Shown: positions 48,545 to 61,695 of the stretch, piece by piece
Position numbering within the stretch: the stretch's first letter is position 1
Layout: each line of letters begins with the position of its first letter
Origin: Dirinaria sp. TL-2023a
Lineage: Eukaryota
Length of the DNA: 64,000 nucleotides
Assembly: GCA_051941275.1 (NCBI GenBank)
Contig: JAVEBF010000003.1
Coordinates: 1 to 64,000 of the forward strand
Direction of reading: 5' to 3'
Made by a program: the position numbers and the translations under genes
Notes under the pieces: model-generated
What the model was told of the DNA's origin: nothing
The model's input: only the letters and a program-made list of their open reading frames with translations
Databases searched by the model: none

Positions 48545-50387
48545 CTAGAACCTGGCCTGCTGGTTCAGATGGAACAATTTTGCTCCTCCACTTCCCTGGA
48601 TCTTCTTCTCCGCTGTCTGTCTGTTGAGTCGCTCAGTGCGCCATCCCTCGTAGAACATTTCCCTGCTTGCTTCCCTCAATTCACCCCGCCAGTCGGCAAA
48701 AATCGACTCTTTGAGCTTCGAAAAGTCACAGTGCTCGGGTGCATGTGGATCAGCGAAGCCCCATGGGAACCTCCTGCCAATGACGTCCGGTTCGTAGGGG
48801 TCGGGAGAGATGATGGATAGAGGTACCAACGGGTTTTCGAACCTCGATTGGCTGGTAACGTGGGTTTGTTTTGATTGAACTTTTTTTGAAGGGTTGGCAA
48901 GGTCGAACTCAGAAGCTGAGAAGCTCGAATCGCTGGGTGAGGGAGATTCGAGATGTGAAGTGTGAGACAAACTCCGGTCGTGCCTATGGACCGCTTGACG
49001 GTCCTCGCCAAGGTGCTCCCGTTCCATAATGACTTCGGTATGATCTGATTTGTCATCTACCTCCAAATCTTCGAGACTTAAAGACGCAAGGGGATCAATA
49101 TTTGCGCGCTTCAAAGCGGTCCACACTACCCTTTTGAGGTGGGTCATGTGAGCAGTAGTGATGGTATCTGCTTTCGAAATGACAGGGACCACAGTCGTCT
49201 TGCTCTGCAACGTCCGCAATACTTGCAGGTCAAGATTTTCATCTAGCACGCCGCTGATGACTCCCGGACCAGATCCAAGGAAAGAATTACCATTCACCAT
49301 AGCGTCATTGGTCGATCGGACTTCGTTGGCAATGGCGAGGTTCCGATCTAATCGAGCGGGGTCTAGGAGTAGGAATACGCAGTGAACGTGAGTATCCCGA
49401 AGGCCAGGGGAGCGAATGACCTTCAGTTCCTCGTTGAACGTGTCATGAAATTTGCTTTCCAGGAATGACGACATCTCACGAAGCTGAAGATCAACAACGT
49501 TACTTTCGAGGCCCTTGGAGTCCCATAAGGTAACGCCGATACGCTCGCCCTCAATTTCCGTCTCCACGTAATGAGAGGTGAAGCTTGGGAAAGCTTGACT
49601 CGAAACCGGGGGGGCAACGTTGTAAGCATCATCGCGGAGCTGAGGGCGCCTCTTGTGAGCAGGCAGGGCCAAAGACGTCCGTAAGAAGTCTAAGAAACAA
49701 GATTTTCCGGCGTTGCGAGCTCCAATGACGAGGATGCTGTACGCTACGGTCAGTTTCTGCTCCCACTGTACCATGACGGACCTACTTAAACGGGGTGGGA
49801 TCCTTCCTCCGCCGCATCTTCCTCGGATTGTTGATCGTGCTCACGGCACTGCTTGCGTAGCTATACCTCCCACGGTTGGTCATGCTCTCAGACCTGGCAT
49901 AGGGGTCCATAGAGTCGCCATTGCTTCCTGGGGAGCTACTAGGTATTGGAGGAATAGGCACATGAGGGTACGTCCGAGGACTACGTTGCTCCATTGAGGC
50001 TTTTGATACTATTCTTTGACGCTGGTTGAAGTCTCCTGCCTTGTTGGACAGAATAGCGAGACTATCGGGTCTCAAGACTTCGCCCTCAAAGGTCTGCAAC
50101 TGTGGTGGACGAGGAAGGTCTGGAATTTGAGGCGGTCTTGGCGGTATTTGTTCCTTAAGCAATTCCTGGTCTCTTGTGAAGGCGCGTTGCCTCTTCGTCA
50201 GCTTCGCGCCCGAGGCACTTCTTGACGGAGTCACCCGTTCAGTAGATTTGCTGCGGCGGAGAAAGCTGAAGGATGGACGACGCTTGAGACTTCCATTGGA
50301 TTCGGTACGATTTGGGTACGATTGACCCTGGGAAGGAAGCGACTTCCCGGAAGGCTGTCGTTGGTGGGTTGGTGTTGATGAATTCAT
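48545..50387 (-). CDS. aspE: Group-5 septin (AspE-like)
   Basis: RRRKDPTPFN|ILVIGARNAGKS (G1), LWDSKGL (G3), DTHVHCV, VISKAD (G4) and GRRFPWG..HCDF. Intron 49737-49785. Confidence 0.85.
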
Positions 50388-51278
50388 TGGGGAGTGGGAG
50401 GGGAAGTTGTCAGTGTTAATCAGCGCTTGCTTCCTGGCAATTACGAGTTGACATCTGGTGCAGCAGCGAGTGACGTGTTTGGTCTTGAGCTTCAATCGAA
50501 TATGATATCGTCAACGACATCTGATTCTATCCATCGACTTCGCTACAATCTCGGGTCGACCCAGCGCTGAGCTTTGGCGTGGCAGTTTGATAGTTTGCTG
50601 AGAGCAGGATGGTGGTGCAACACTAACACTGTACCTGACTGTCCGATAACCATTAACGCCAGGAACAGGAACGTAATGGCCTTGGAATCGGCTTGACCAG
50701 CGACGCGCAATTGACAATGGCAGTATGGAAAAGGGATGACCGATGGCTCAGGCACTAATGGTATGTACCTTACCTTAGTACGAGTACCTACCTTAGCCTC
50801 CATTCGCACCCTCGTACGAACTACATACATATGGACTAAGGCAAGCACAAGCCTCGGGCCGTTCTCCACGAAACCATCCGTTTCAAACCCCAGACACCCT
50901 CAATCTCGCCACGTCTTACCTCCTAACTACATATCATCTACCTTACTGTGCATCTATTCATTATTCAACCTCCGTCATACCCTGATCATGCCTTGGCTTT
51001 CGGATCTGAAGCTAGTCCTGATTGGAACGTACGAAGTGCCACTTGGCCGGCATACAACACTCTGGAAATAAGATACTTCAAATAGATAGAAAATACCTAG
51101 TTAATTGCCATAGCTCTGATGTCGCTACGAGGTAAATTACCTTCTTTGAACGCCTAGTCGCTCTACTGTTGGACATACATAGGTATTAGGTGCAACACAT
51201 CATACATATGGTTTCCGAATAACTGTGATGACGCTTGTAGTACGTTTGTAGAGACTGTGTAGACCATCCAAAATTCCT

Positions 51279-52414
51279 TCAAGGTCCCAAAGCCGGTCGA
51301 ATCACACATGGCTCTTTGTTGTAATCAATACAAACATTGGTCCGGTTAAGCTGCTTGAAAAGCGGACCATTAGGTCCAGACGTGAATCTGGCAGTAGCGT
51401 CCACACCTGGTAAGATGAAATGCTGGCGGTGATCGGACTTGGGATATTCCTGATCTCCCCATTGCCCATTGTACGACAGCCACGCCGTGGGCGAACTACC
51501 GTCATAGGCTGTGAATTTCTGGCTGCCCGAGTCGAAGCTGTAATAATATGCGTTCAGCGTGGGATCCCATAGGGTACCCTGGTCGCACTGGTCCTCAAGG
51601 AATCCCCGAGGAAGATTTAGGTTCGGGATGGTATGATCATGAATTCTACGATGAGATCAGCCTTCTATTCACTCGTACAAAAAGCACTCTTACCCGGTCG
51701 TCGCGTAATTGGCATGAGAGCCGTTAGCACTATAGGCTACTGGCCGCTGCCCTTTCTTTTCCACTGCACTGTAACTGAATGCTTCTCCATACGCGTGCTG
51801 GCTGAACCAGACCGCCTGAGGTTCCTCATTCAAAAATCGGACCATGGTGTGCTCCCAGTCCCCGACGTGATCGTCGACGTCTTGGTCTAAAACAGGGGGT
51901 CCGTAATTGTACGCATAGAAGTACATGTAGAAGGCATCGACATTCCCGCCGCCATGGTCATTGACGATGATAGCCGCACTGACAGCGTCGTTCGTTTTGC
52001 CGCTGCCATCAGGTTTCACACCATTGAGCCATGTCGGGTTCTTGGTAATGTCGTCGACAGAGGTGAGAAAGACACTCGTGCCACCCTGACTATTCAGGGT
52101 ATCTAGGTTATTCAAGGTCAAGGGGCTGGGGGCACCCGGAACGGCTGCAAAATTGACCTCAGGTTTCGTATGTTGAAGTTGGGCGCCGATGTCAGATGGA
52201 AAGTAGGGATCTTGAGATTGTATCCACACGTAAGGTGCTACGCATCATGTTAGACGTGTAACAAAAAAGAATAGAGGGTAACTCTGCCATAGGCTGTGAC
52301 GTAGGAAGGGGGGGCCAGTGTCTGGCGCTTCGAGGATATATCTAGCGCCCTGCACGGCGCTTGAGCAGTCAGCAAGCCGGCAAACAGAAGCTTGATAAAC
52401 GTGGGGAGAGCCAT
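51279..52414 (-). CDS. Secreted Vps62-like protein
   Basis: Signal peptide plus KR site, YAPYVW..DPYFPSD, FYMYFYAYN, HVGDWEHTMVRF, YSANGSHANYA, WGDQEYP and SGPNGP. Introns 52238-52287 (apparent GC donor) and about 51646-51693. Confidence 0.82.
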
Positions 52415-53887
52415 AGCGCTGGATATTTCGTACTCTGCCCCTTAAAAGCAAAGCCTGGTGGAAATTCATTGTCGGCGAAGGGGGTTACTTATGTACTCCT
52501 CCAAACGAGATACAAGTTGATCACAGGTCTACGCAGATGCAACATAGCTAAAACACGGTTCAAAAGGAAGCGATGCCATTGGCCATTGCTTAGGGATAAT
52601 AATAACACAACAGAGAGGAGAGGTCAAGCGAGTCCTTGCATCGGGCGGCCCAGTACGAGTACCGTGCGCGGGTGGTCATGCGAGCTCTCTCTTCGTGCGC
52701 TTCTCACTTGAAAATATGAAGAAAGATAATCGGACGGCTCAGTACTCCAAATAAGGCGCCACTTCCGGGTCGATCAAGGCAGCGTGGAGGAATATGACCT
52801 CGTGAGTGGCTTAAGATGCGGAGGCCAATTCCGGATTTTGCCAACACCCGCCTGACGATCCCCCAACCCCTTGTTCAAGCATACGATATTGCACGAAGTC
52901 TTGAAATATTGCCGTTGCTTTATGGCGTCTGAGGAATGCGTAGATATGTATGGTTCGTATTATAATAACCCTTTCTTCGGACATGACCGTTGACTACCCG
53001 CAACGAATAAGGATGGGTAAATCCTGTACGGAAGCTATCTCGGGGACGGGAGGTTCGGTACCTCGCTTCACCTTAGATAAAAATCGACAGCTAAAATAAT
53101 AAGCTTTAGCGGTTTTCGGTTCGGTTCTCTCCTTGCCATCTCTAAGAAAAATGACAAGAGGCAATCCGACTGCTGTCATATACCCGAAAGGGTTCCCGAG
53201 GGGGACTTTTGAAAAGATTCGAGTTTAGACATGATCCAAGGTGGTCAAAAGCCGGCCAATCTCATAAACCTGGCACAGACCTTACCTTAATCCCCGAACA
53301 TGTTATCTTACCTACATGTACTTTAGGTCCAGCTTGCTCGCTCATACCTTACTCTTTCGATTTGTCTTCTTTGTTACCACTGAGACTGACCTGCAGTACA
53401 AATCTGTTTACGAGAATCAGATTATGGTGCTCGCATCGAAGCCGGATTCGGTGGTGTCGTCCTGTGATATGTTGACGTGGATGTTTCCATCCCACAGTTT
53501 TTGTTAGCTCGGCAATTCTCTGCAATTGAACGCTGGTAAAAACAATATCAACTTCAGCGGCTGGTATGATTACTCAAATACCTTAGACTCACAGAAGCTC
53601 GTTACCTTGCCTTCTTACCTAATATAATGTCCACGGGCATCCTCGGGTGAGCCCTCGAGCCAATGAGGGCTCACTTAGGGCAATTCACACTCTACAGTAC
53701 CTTACCTTACATAGGCTCATAGGTAAGGTACCTTAGGTAAGGTAAGATACCTTAGGCTCAGGCCCCATTATCTAATCAAATATCGCGTAAAAACTCTCGA
53801 TCACTCCGAGCTGAAAGGCAGTCCTAAACCACTCGACAGTCTCTTCCCATGATTAATTGACGTATTTGTGCCTACATACCGTCTCTA

Positions 53888-56219
53888 ATGTCTCTAGCAG
53901 TTCGCGATCATCGTTCGAGAGGCCGCTCCAAATCTCCTGGTCGGCGAGACGAACGTTCGAGGTCGCGCGATATCCGCGCCCCGTCTCCACAGGCTAAATC
54001 GAGGAAGTCGTCGAAAAAATATTACAGCGACGAGAGCGACTCAGGCTCACGTTCGAGAAAAAATCATTCCAAAAAGTATTATAGTGACGAAAGTAGTAGT
54101 GAGTCGGACAGGCGGCTCAGAAAGAAATCCTCCAAGAAATACTACGAAGAAGAGAGTAGTGAGTCCGGTGATCGACGCAGGAAGAAACACTCAAAAAAGC
54201 GTTATGAAGAAGAGGACGATGAAAGTAGTAGTGAGAGTGGCAGCGATCGGCGTCGGCCACAAAAGTCTTCGAAGTCCAAAGCCGAAGCTGCAGAGTCGAG
54301 GCATCGACGAGAGTCTCCTCCAGGTGACCATTCGAAGCATTCAAGAAAGGGAGAATACACTCAGTCTTCGAAGCCACAATACGAGCGAGAGCGTAGGGAA
54401 GGAAGGCACGCTAGTTATGCGGAGCCAGAGCGCTACGAGCATGCTAGGCCGACAGAATACACTCGGCATCTCAGCTACAGTAGTACTGAAGGATCAGGAC
54501 ACGAACGGCCCGGGCATACTCTCCCAGGACAATTTAAATGGGAGTATGATCATTCGCCCGAAGGTTACGAGCGAGGCTACCGCCCCAATCCAATGTCCGG
54601 TGCTGAGCAGTCTCGCCATCTGTCCATGAGTACCTCCGGTAATTTCAATGTCAGCCTCGGTGGTGGGCATCAACCGTACCCACCCAATCAGCCTACCTCA
54701 CCCACTTACATCCAATCTCACTACGGATACCCTTCTGCATCTGCTCGTCCAGAGAATCAGCGGGCTCATTCTGGGTCCATTGGCACCAAAGCCCCTTATC
54801 AATTAATGGACCCACCTCAGAACGTTAGTTATGCACCGAAGATGGACGCAAGACGTCCATCATATACACAGAGTGCTCGTCCGCAGTTTGTAGAAGTGAA
54901 ACCTCATGATGTGGAGCACAAACTGCAGCGTCTATCGATCTCTGGAGGCACCGCTGGTGCCATGTCGTTGACAGCGCCTAGCCATAACAATAGCCAAATG
55001 CACGGAGGCATACCCCCAGGGAGCCCTTTGCTAGAATCGTATCATGGTACCTATCAGTCGATCTCGCCAATGCCATCTCCGTTGATGCTACCATCAAACG
55101 TTGATGACGATATGTCCGATCTGGATCAGCTTTCCTCCAAGGACTCCAGCGATGACCCTACCGCGCTCATAACAACGCAGAGCAAGTCTACCAAAAAACG
55201 GGTCTCTTTCTACAACCCTGAGCCGGATGCCTTAGCATTGGCGGCCGCACTTAAGCACACCAAGCCAGACTCTGAACCGATCATTTCCATACTACCACGC
55301 CTTTCGGACGACCATATTCTCGAACTGCGTACAGAATACAAAAAACACATTAAAGTGGGCGGCAAGGGAATCAACATTGCCAAACACATCAAGATGAAAG
55401 TTACAGGAAATCTGGGGAAAATTGCGTATGCAGTTGCTCTCGGTAGGTGGGAGAGCGAAGCACATTGGGCGAATTTCTGGTACCAATCCAATACATCACG
55501 CCGAGAATTACTTATTGAGAGCCTGATGGGTCGTACCAACAGCGAGATCGTAAAGATCAAGGACGCTTTTAGCGACAAGAGATATGATGATAGCCTTGAA
55601 AAGTGTATGCAGACTGAGCTTAAGAAAGACAAATTCCGTAACGCCGTCCTCCTGGCGCTTGAGGAAAGGCGAATGCCTGAGAATGAAAAGCTTTCGATCG
55701 ACCTCGTGCGCAGAGACGTGCACGACCTCTATCGAGCCTTGACGGCTAAAGAAGGCGGGGAGACGGCCATGATAAACATCATTGTCGTGCGCAGCGATAA
55801 TCATCTTCGAGAGGTCTTGCGGATTTTTGAAGATACTTACAAGAAGAACTTCGCGAGGGAGATGATTAAGAAATCTCAAAACTTAGTTGTAAGTACTTGT
55901 ACCTGCTTTTTTTGCTTAGCTGGCCTTTTCCCTTACGAGCTGCTAGGGCGAAACACTCGCACATATCCTCAACGGAGTGCTCAATCGTCCTGTTCGGGAT
56001 GCCCTACTTCTCCATCAAGCCTTGGCCGAGACATCGAAAGACCGCACTGAACTGCTTGTTAGCCGGTTGGTGAGGTTCCACTGGGAGCCCAGGCACTTCG
56101 AAAAGATCAAGGTCGAGTATAAGAAGAAGTACGGTTCGAGGTTGGAGCACGATCTCGCAGAAGGGACGAAAGGAGAATTTGGCGATTTCTGCAAGGAGCT
56201 TGCGAAAGGTGAGAAATAG
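53888..56219 (+). CDS. anxC4: Fungal annexin AnxC4-type protein with long charged N-terminus
   Basis: MSLAVRD..RGRSKSP start, PPGSPLLESYHGTYQSISPMPSP and annexin repeats (RRELLIESLMGR, GGETAMINIIV). Intron 55889-55946. Confidence 0.85.
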
Positions 56220-56961
56220 CGAGATGGGGGCATTCATCGATTTGAAGTGAAGCAAGATCCCTCTTCCTCTCTCTGTTTCTGTTTCAGCCAGTCCAGAGCG
56301 ATGCCACGAAGCAACAGGACCCGAATGGTGGCAAAAGTCCGTCCATGGCTACTGTAATCTTACTTAGGCTAGAGGTACCTAAGGTACCTACTTACTAAGG
56401 TAGCTTATGTTTCCGTTGGGGCTGTTCAAATACCTTAACCTTGCATTACCTACTGGCCGCTCAATCAGGCAACCTGGTGTGCCTCACAGTAGATACCCTC
56501 GACCCAGGGTACAATGGAATGTACAGTTTCCAATTGGATGGATTGGTCGGGGCAGGCTCGGCTACTTGCTGGGGGCGATTGGCCGCTCTTGATCCCCTCA
56601 CCATCTGGGTACTCGTACTATCCGTCCCCGAGCACTTCCACCAACGCGTCCCCACGTATTTGTCCCTCACAATGGAAAGTATTAGTTTCCTACCTTTTTT
56701 ACCCTACATATCTTACAGAGGGAGGTGCAGTCTGTTTACTCTATCATTTCATGTTGTAGCCACGATTTGGCTCCACCATACCGTCACGCAACGCTTGGCT
56801 CGATAACCCGTCTCTACCTCTACCATACGCTGTGTAGGTTGGGTTAGCTTCTTTCTTTGCAATTAACTTCCGCTACGGTCTTGATTCTCCTTGGCTTTGC
56901 CCGCGCGATCCTTTTACCTCGATGCTTTGTTCTCGCAATATAACCAATCCCTCCATTCGCC

Positions 56962-59033
56962 ATGGCCAGATCGCAGCGCCTTGGTACTTCCTCCAAGGAC
57001 ATCCTAGGTCACGCAGCACCAGAGCCGTGCTTGGACACTGTCCAGGGCGGGTCAAACCCATCTAAACAGCACCCAGAACGTGTCAGAGCTGCTTCGGCCA
57101 ACAATCAAACGTGGAAGGATTCGCACACTAGAGACGCGGATACTGCAGTAGCACTTTTCGCCGACGAGGTAAATGAGATTATCGATCCGCAAGAAATTAA
57201 GAGACTTGAACGGAAGATCGATTTCATGATTCTGCCGTATCTAGCCGTGTGCTACGCTTTCTTTTACATCGACAAAACGACGCTAAGTTATGCTGCGATC
57301 TTTGGCATTGAAGATGACCTCCACCTCCATGGGACAGAGTACAACTGGCTCAGCAGCATCTTTTATTTTGGCTTCTTGATTTGGGCTTTCCCCACCAACT
57401 TTTTGATGCAAAAACTCCCAATAGGTATGAAGTATCCTACCTACTTTGGCATCAGCTACCTTACCCACTCGTCGCGTCACGTGAGTTTCTACATCATCAA
57501 TCTAACACGTGGAAGGCAAATACCTCGGCACCAATATCTTCTTATGGTACGTGCCACTGTGGTTCAACCGAATTCCAACTGATCATGGCCAGGGGTTTCT
57601 TCCTTATGTTGCAAGCCACCGCCCGCAACTTTTCCACACTAGCGGTTCTCAGGGCTTTTGGGGGCGCTGCAGAGTCATGCTCCGACCCGAGCTTTATGGT
57701 AATCACAAGCATGTGGTATACACGCCGGCAACAGCCAGTTCGTATTGGAATATGGTATACGGCGAACGGGCTTGGCATAGCTGGTGGGGGCTTGCTCGGG
57801 TATGGTATAGGCCATATCAAGGGCGAATTGCGATCTTGGAAATATGAGTTCTTGATTATGTACCATTGGTACTCTCCCTTCCAAATCTGGACAGCCGCTA
57901 ACCTGTTGCAGCGGAGCCCTTTGCTGCGTTTGGGGCATTATCATGTTCATTATGTTGCCAGACTCGCCTGTGTCTGCGAAATTACTCTCACCAGTACAAC
58001 GAAGAATGGCTGCTGAGAGACTTAAGGAGAACCAGACAGGTGTTGAAAATAAGCATATTAAGGCCTACCAGATCAAAGAGGCATTCTTGGACTACAAGCT
58101 CTATCTGTTCTTTTTACTCGGTGTCGTGGGTAATATACCGAACGGTGGCATAAGCAATTTTGGAACTATCATCATTAAGGGCTTCGGCTTCTCTACGTTG
58201 GTGACTACCTTGATGCAAGTACGCGAAGATAAAATACGTCAAATATGGCGTATAAATCTGACTTTGGCCCCACTCCAGGTTCCTTACGGTGTCTTTATCT
58301 CAATCAGCATTCTCACTTGCGTCTTCCTCAATGACCGTTTTGCCAACAAGCGGTGTTATTTCATCGTCGCCTTTTTGCTGCCGAATATTGCTGGGGCCTT
58401 TGGGCTTCGATTTTTACCACTCGAGCAAAAGGTCGGACGCTTGATTTGTTATTATTTAACAGGACCCTACAATGCGGCATTCGTCATGATTTTGAGTTTG
58501 CAAACAGCAAACACCGCAGGTAGTGGTCAACGCAGTGTCATCAGAAAATGTTGCGCTAATCAGTTATAGGCCATACCAAAAAAGTTGTTACCAATGCTGT
58601 CCTCTTTCTCGGCTATTGCACAGGAAACATTGCTGGTCCTTTCTTCTATAAGACATCGCAAAAGTAATATGAGGAGAAGCTGTGATTACGCAGCTTGGAC
58701 CTAAGTCTCGGCTGATATTGGTCGCAGTCCGTCATATCCCCTCGGTATCTGGTCTATGCTTGTCTCTCATTTCCTCGAGGTCATTGTCATTCTGGTTTTA
58801 CGGGTCTTGTTGTCTAGAGAGAATCGGAGGAGAGATCAAGTTCAATCGGACACAGAAGGTGGCCTTGACGGAAGAGACCTTAATGCAACGGCTTTTGCAG
58901 ATCTGACAGATCGTGAGAATTTGAAGTATGCAGTGTTTGTTCTTTTCTCCGTACACCATTGGTATCCAATGCAATATGTGAAACAAATACTGACAGCCTT
59001 GTGAACCTATATAGCTTCAGATACATTTATTGA
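56962..59033 (+). CDS. MFS anion:cation symporter, allantoate permease (Dal5)-like
   Basis: KIDFMILP..YIDKTTLSYAAIFG, MWYTRRQQPVR, LPDSP, NTAGHTKK and C-terminal DLTDRENLNFRYIY after splicing of several short introns. Confidence 0.9.
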
Positions 59034-60067
59034 GAGAAGTCATCGGTGTCCTGCCATACTTTCTACCATCTGAGTCCCCCAAAGCTAGGTATATCATTTC
59101 CTACCGCACGTCTGGCACGTGGTGACTCACTGAAACTCTCCGAGAAACAAGTAGAAGTACCGAGGGTAGGGAGTGTTGGCTAGCAAAGCTTTCTAAATGG
59201 AGCAATGACGACAAGGATGCAAAGAACAAGAGATACTGCATATCACTGAAGCTGCTAACAATAGATACAGGGGTAGATGCTTACTTAAGGGCCTTTTCTA
59301 ACAGCGACTACTCATCCTAGGGCTTTGTACCGCATCGATCATCGCTGCCTGCCTACCCAAGGATCTTGGCTCGCTCCTCGTAGATGCCGTCATGCTCCAG
59401 ATGTGAGATGTCGAGACCCCACAGTGATTTTACCCTCCATGTTCTATGCATATGCAACCGACTACTCCAAGAGTTGTAGATTCTATGGCGAGCATGAAGT
59501 GGGTTGGATGCGAAATCCCGTTAGCGAGAGATATCTGTAGCTACCGGACTGTCTTTGAGCGCTTTGGTAATGGCAAGGGCCAGGAGAAAGAAAGGACAGC
59601 GTTCTGCTTTTCCGGATAGCACACTATTCCGCCGTCGCTAGAGCTGGGAAACAATACAACGGCCGGTCGAGAAGCAAGGGAGCCAGCAAGCCGCCGAGAC
59701 CGTGTCGATGCGAGGGAGCCAATGCACGTATGGCCTCCTATATTCTAGCAGATTACGATGGCTTCACACCCAACGAAGCAGTCGCGAAATGATCTGGGCA
59801 CCTGCGAGGTGGGTTTTCAATTTCTTTACAGTAGAGGCAGCCTATAGACAAGGCGAGCAGAACAACATAGTGGAGTATGATAGTACGTATCCCAAAATTG
59901 GCAGATATTCCGTACATATCACATGAGCATAAGGTAGTGAAATCTCTCAAAAGCTGTGGAATTGGCTACCGCCTTATGCTATGCTAGCTGAGCTAATTGA
60001 GAACTTTTTTCATGCTGAACAGTATAGTGTCATACTACCACTTTAGTGCCAGGGCACGAATAACCCT

Positions 60068-60479
60068 CTAGCTGCTCTTGCGGGCCTCCGAGTGCACATC
60101 AGCCTTGGTCTATCACACGGAATAGTCAGCACCAGTTCAGGAGGAGCAGTGGTAAAGGATAGGAATGTAGACTAACGTCGTGCTTCTGCTCGTCGATCTT
60201 GTCACCCACGGCGTCTTTGGCAGCCTCGGCTCGGGTGCCAAGGGAGGCGTCACTATCCTTTGCAACGTCTAGAGAAGGATGTCAACGGGACTGTGTACCA
60301 AGGGCAGCAGATTCAGGGGTTGCCTACTCTTGTTGGCCTCCTTGGAAGCTTCGGAGCCACGGCCTTGGAGAGTCTCAGAGGCCTGGTTCAAACCTTGCCT
60401 AAGGAGCGTGACATGATCAGCGTTGCTGTTTGGTAGAGTGGACAGTGCTCGGGGGGGAATCTCACTTGATGGTCTCCAT
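60068..60479 (-). CDS. grg1: Glucose-repressible/stress protein of the Grg1 (Neurospora grg-1/ccg-1) family, about 72 aa
   Basis: Introns 60399-60465, 60269-60327 and 60110-60176 give METIKQGLNQASETLQGRGSEASKEANKNVAKDSDASLGTRAEAAKDAVGDKIDEQKHDTKADVHSEARKSS. Only a fragment appears in the ORF track. Confidence 0.9.
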
Positions 60480-60653
60480 TGTAAATTGGAATTTGAATTT
60501 CTGAAAGTGATTCTTGGAATGTTTCGTGTAATGGTTACCTTATTTCTGGGTACTCGAGTTTGGTGGAGAAGTCTGCGAATATGTAAGGTAATGTAAAGAA
60601 GAAGGAGAAGAGGGACTGGAGTTGAGGAATGGCAGATGTTTTTGTAGGCAGCC

Positions 60654-60683
60654 GCGGGGGCGGGGCATGAGGCTTTGACGTCA
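60654..60683. promoter_or_regulatory. Tandem CreA-type SYGGRG sites plus a perfect CRE/ATF site in the grg1 promoter
   Basis: GCGGGG at 60654-60659 and 60660-60665, and TGACGTCA at 60676-60683, 175-205 bp upstream of the ATG. Confidence 0.6.
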
Positions 60684-60921
60684 GGGTTCCCTTCCAAACA
60701 CAGTTACTGTTCAAATTCCAGGTTGGTCAGGTGTCAGAATTTTTGAGTTGAGCACGAGGCACGGATCGTCATAATGGTGGCGGTGCCTGGGCAGGCTCCA
60801 TTACGTAGCGCTGGCTCGGCTCGGCTTCTCGGTTAGCCTTTGCTTGGCTCGGAGCTGACCGAGATGATACACAGGCTCGACACTCGACAGGTACCGAGCT
60901 CGCCGAGGTACCTTTGCTCTA

Positions 60922-60951
60922 ACCACTACCACTACCACTACCACTACCACT
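60922..60951. repeat. (ACCACT)5 microsatellite
   Basis: Five perfect copies. Reverse complement of the unit at 34761. Confidence 0.85.
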
Positions 60952-61695
60952 AATCGAAGAGATCACAATGTGACCAGCACGAGGTGAACCCTTCAAAGAC
61001 ATTGTCAATAGATCTGTGTTTCAAAGCGTATCTCGTAGTCGTATCAGCTGTCCACATACTTCGTTACCAAGGCAGTCGATAATTCCATGCCTGAATCTAG
61101 ACACTTTGGTCTAGAACGAAACAAAGGAGACTCTTCGGAAAACGGTACCAGGATTTGCTTGACTGAAGAGGAATACCTAGTTGCGTGCTCGGATCGTGAA
61201 GGTTCTTGGAAGGTACCATTGGCCAGGTAGTATAAATAAAAATGGCAACTTGAAGATTCGCTTGAACAGATGAGTAAAAACGACGATCGTATTTGATCAC
61301 GGCCATTCTACGCCAATCAGTTCTTTCTTTCCTCGCATCTTCGTCTTATCGAAATGGGTAGATACAGTTCTAAGAAATTTTTGATCGATGGCAGACTGGT
61401 GGGAATATGTGAGCGGTTCTACGCCTGAACAGGGAGCGCGTGTCGTACGAGATTCAGAGTAATTGGCAAACGATCTGTGATTGTGGATAGGATATTCTGC
61501 AATCAACGCATCTCATTGTCTTGCGATTAGATTCCCGTTAAAGCGCAGCCGCTCTCTTTTGGCAGTTCTACACATAGTAAGACTCATGTGTTGATATCCG
61601 CGTCGGGATTCGCACTTTGAATCCATCCAACGCACTTTCGCTTCAAATGTAATAAGTCCTTCCGAATCAGTGAGAAATCTTGGTGTATATCAGAC

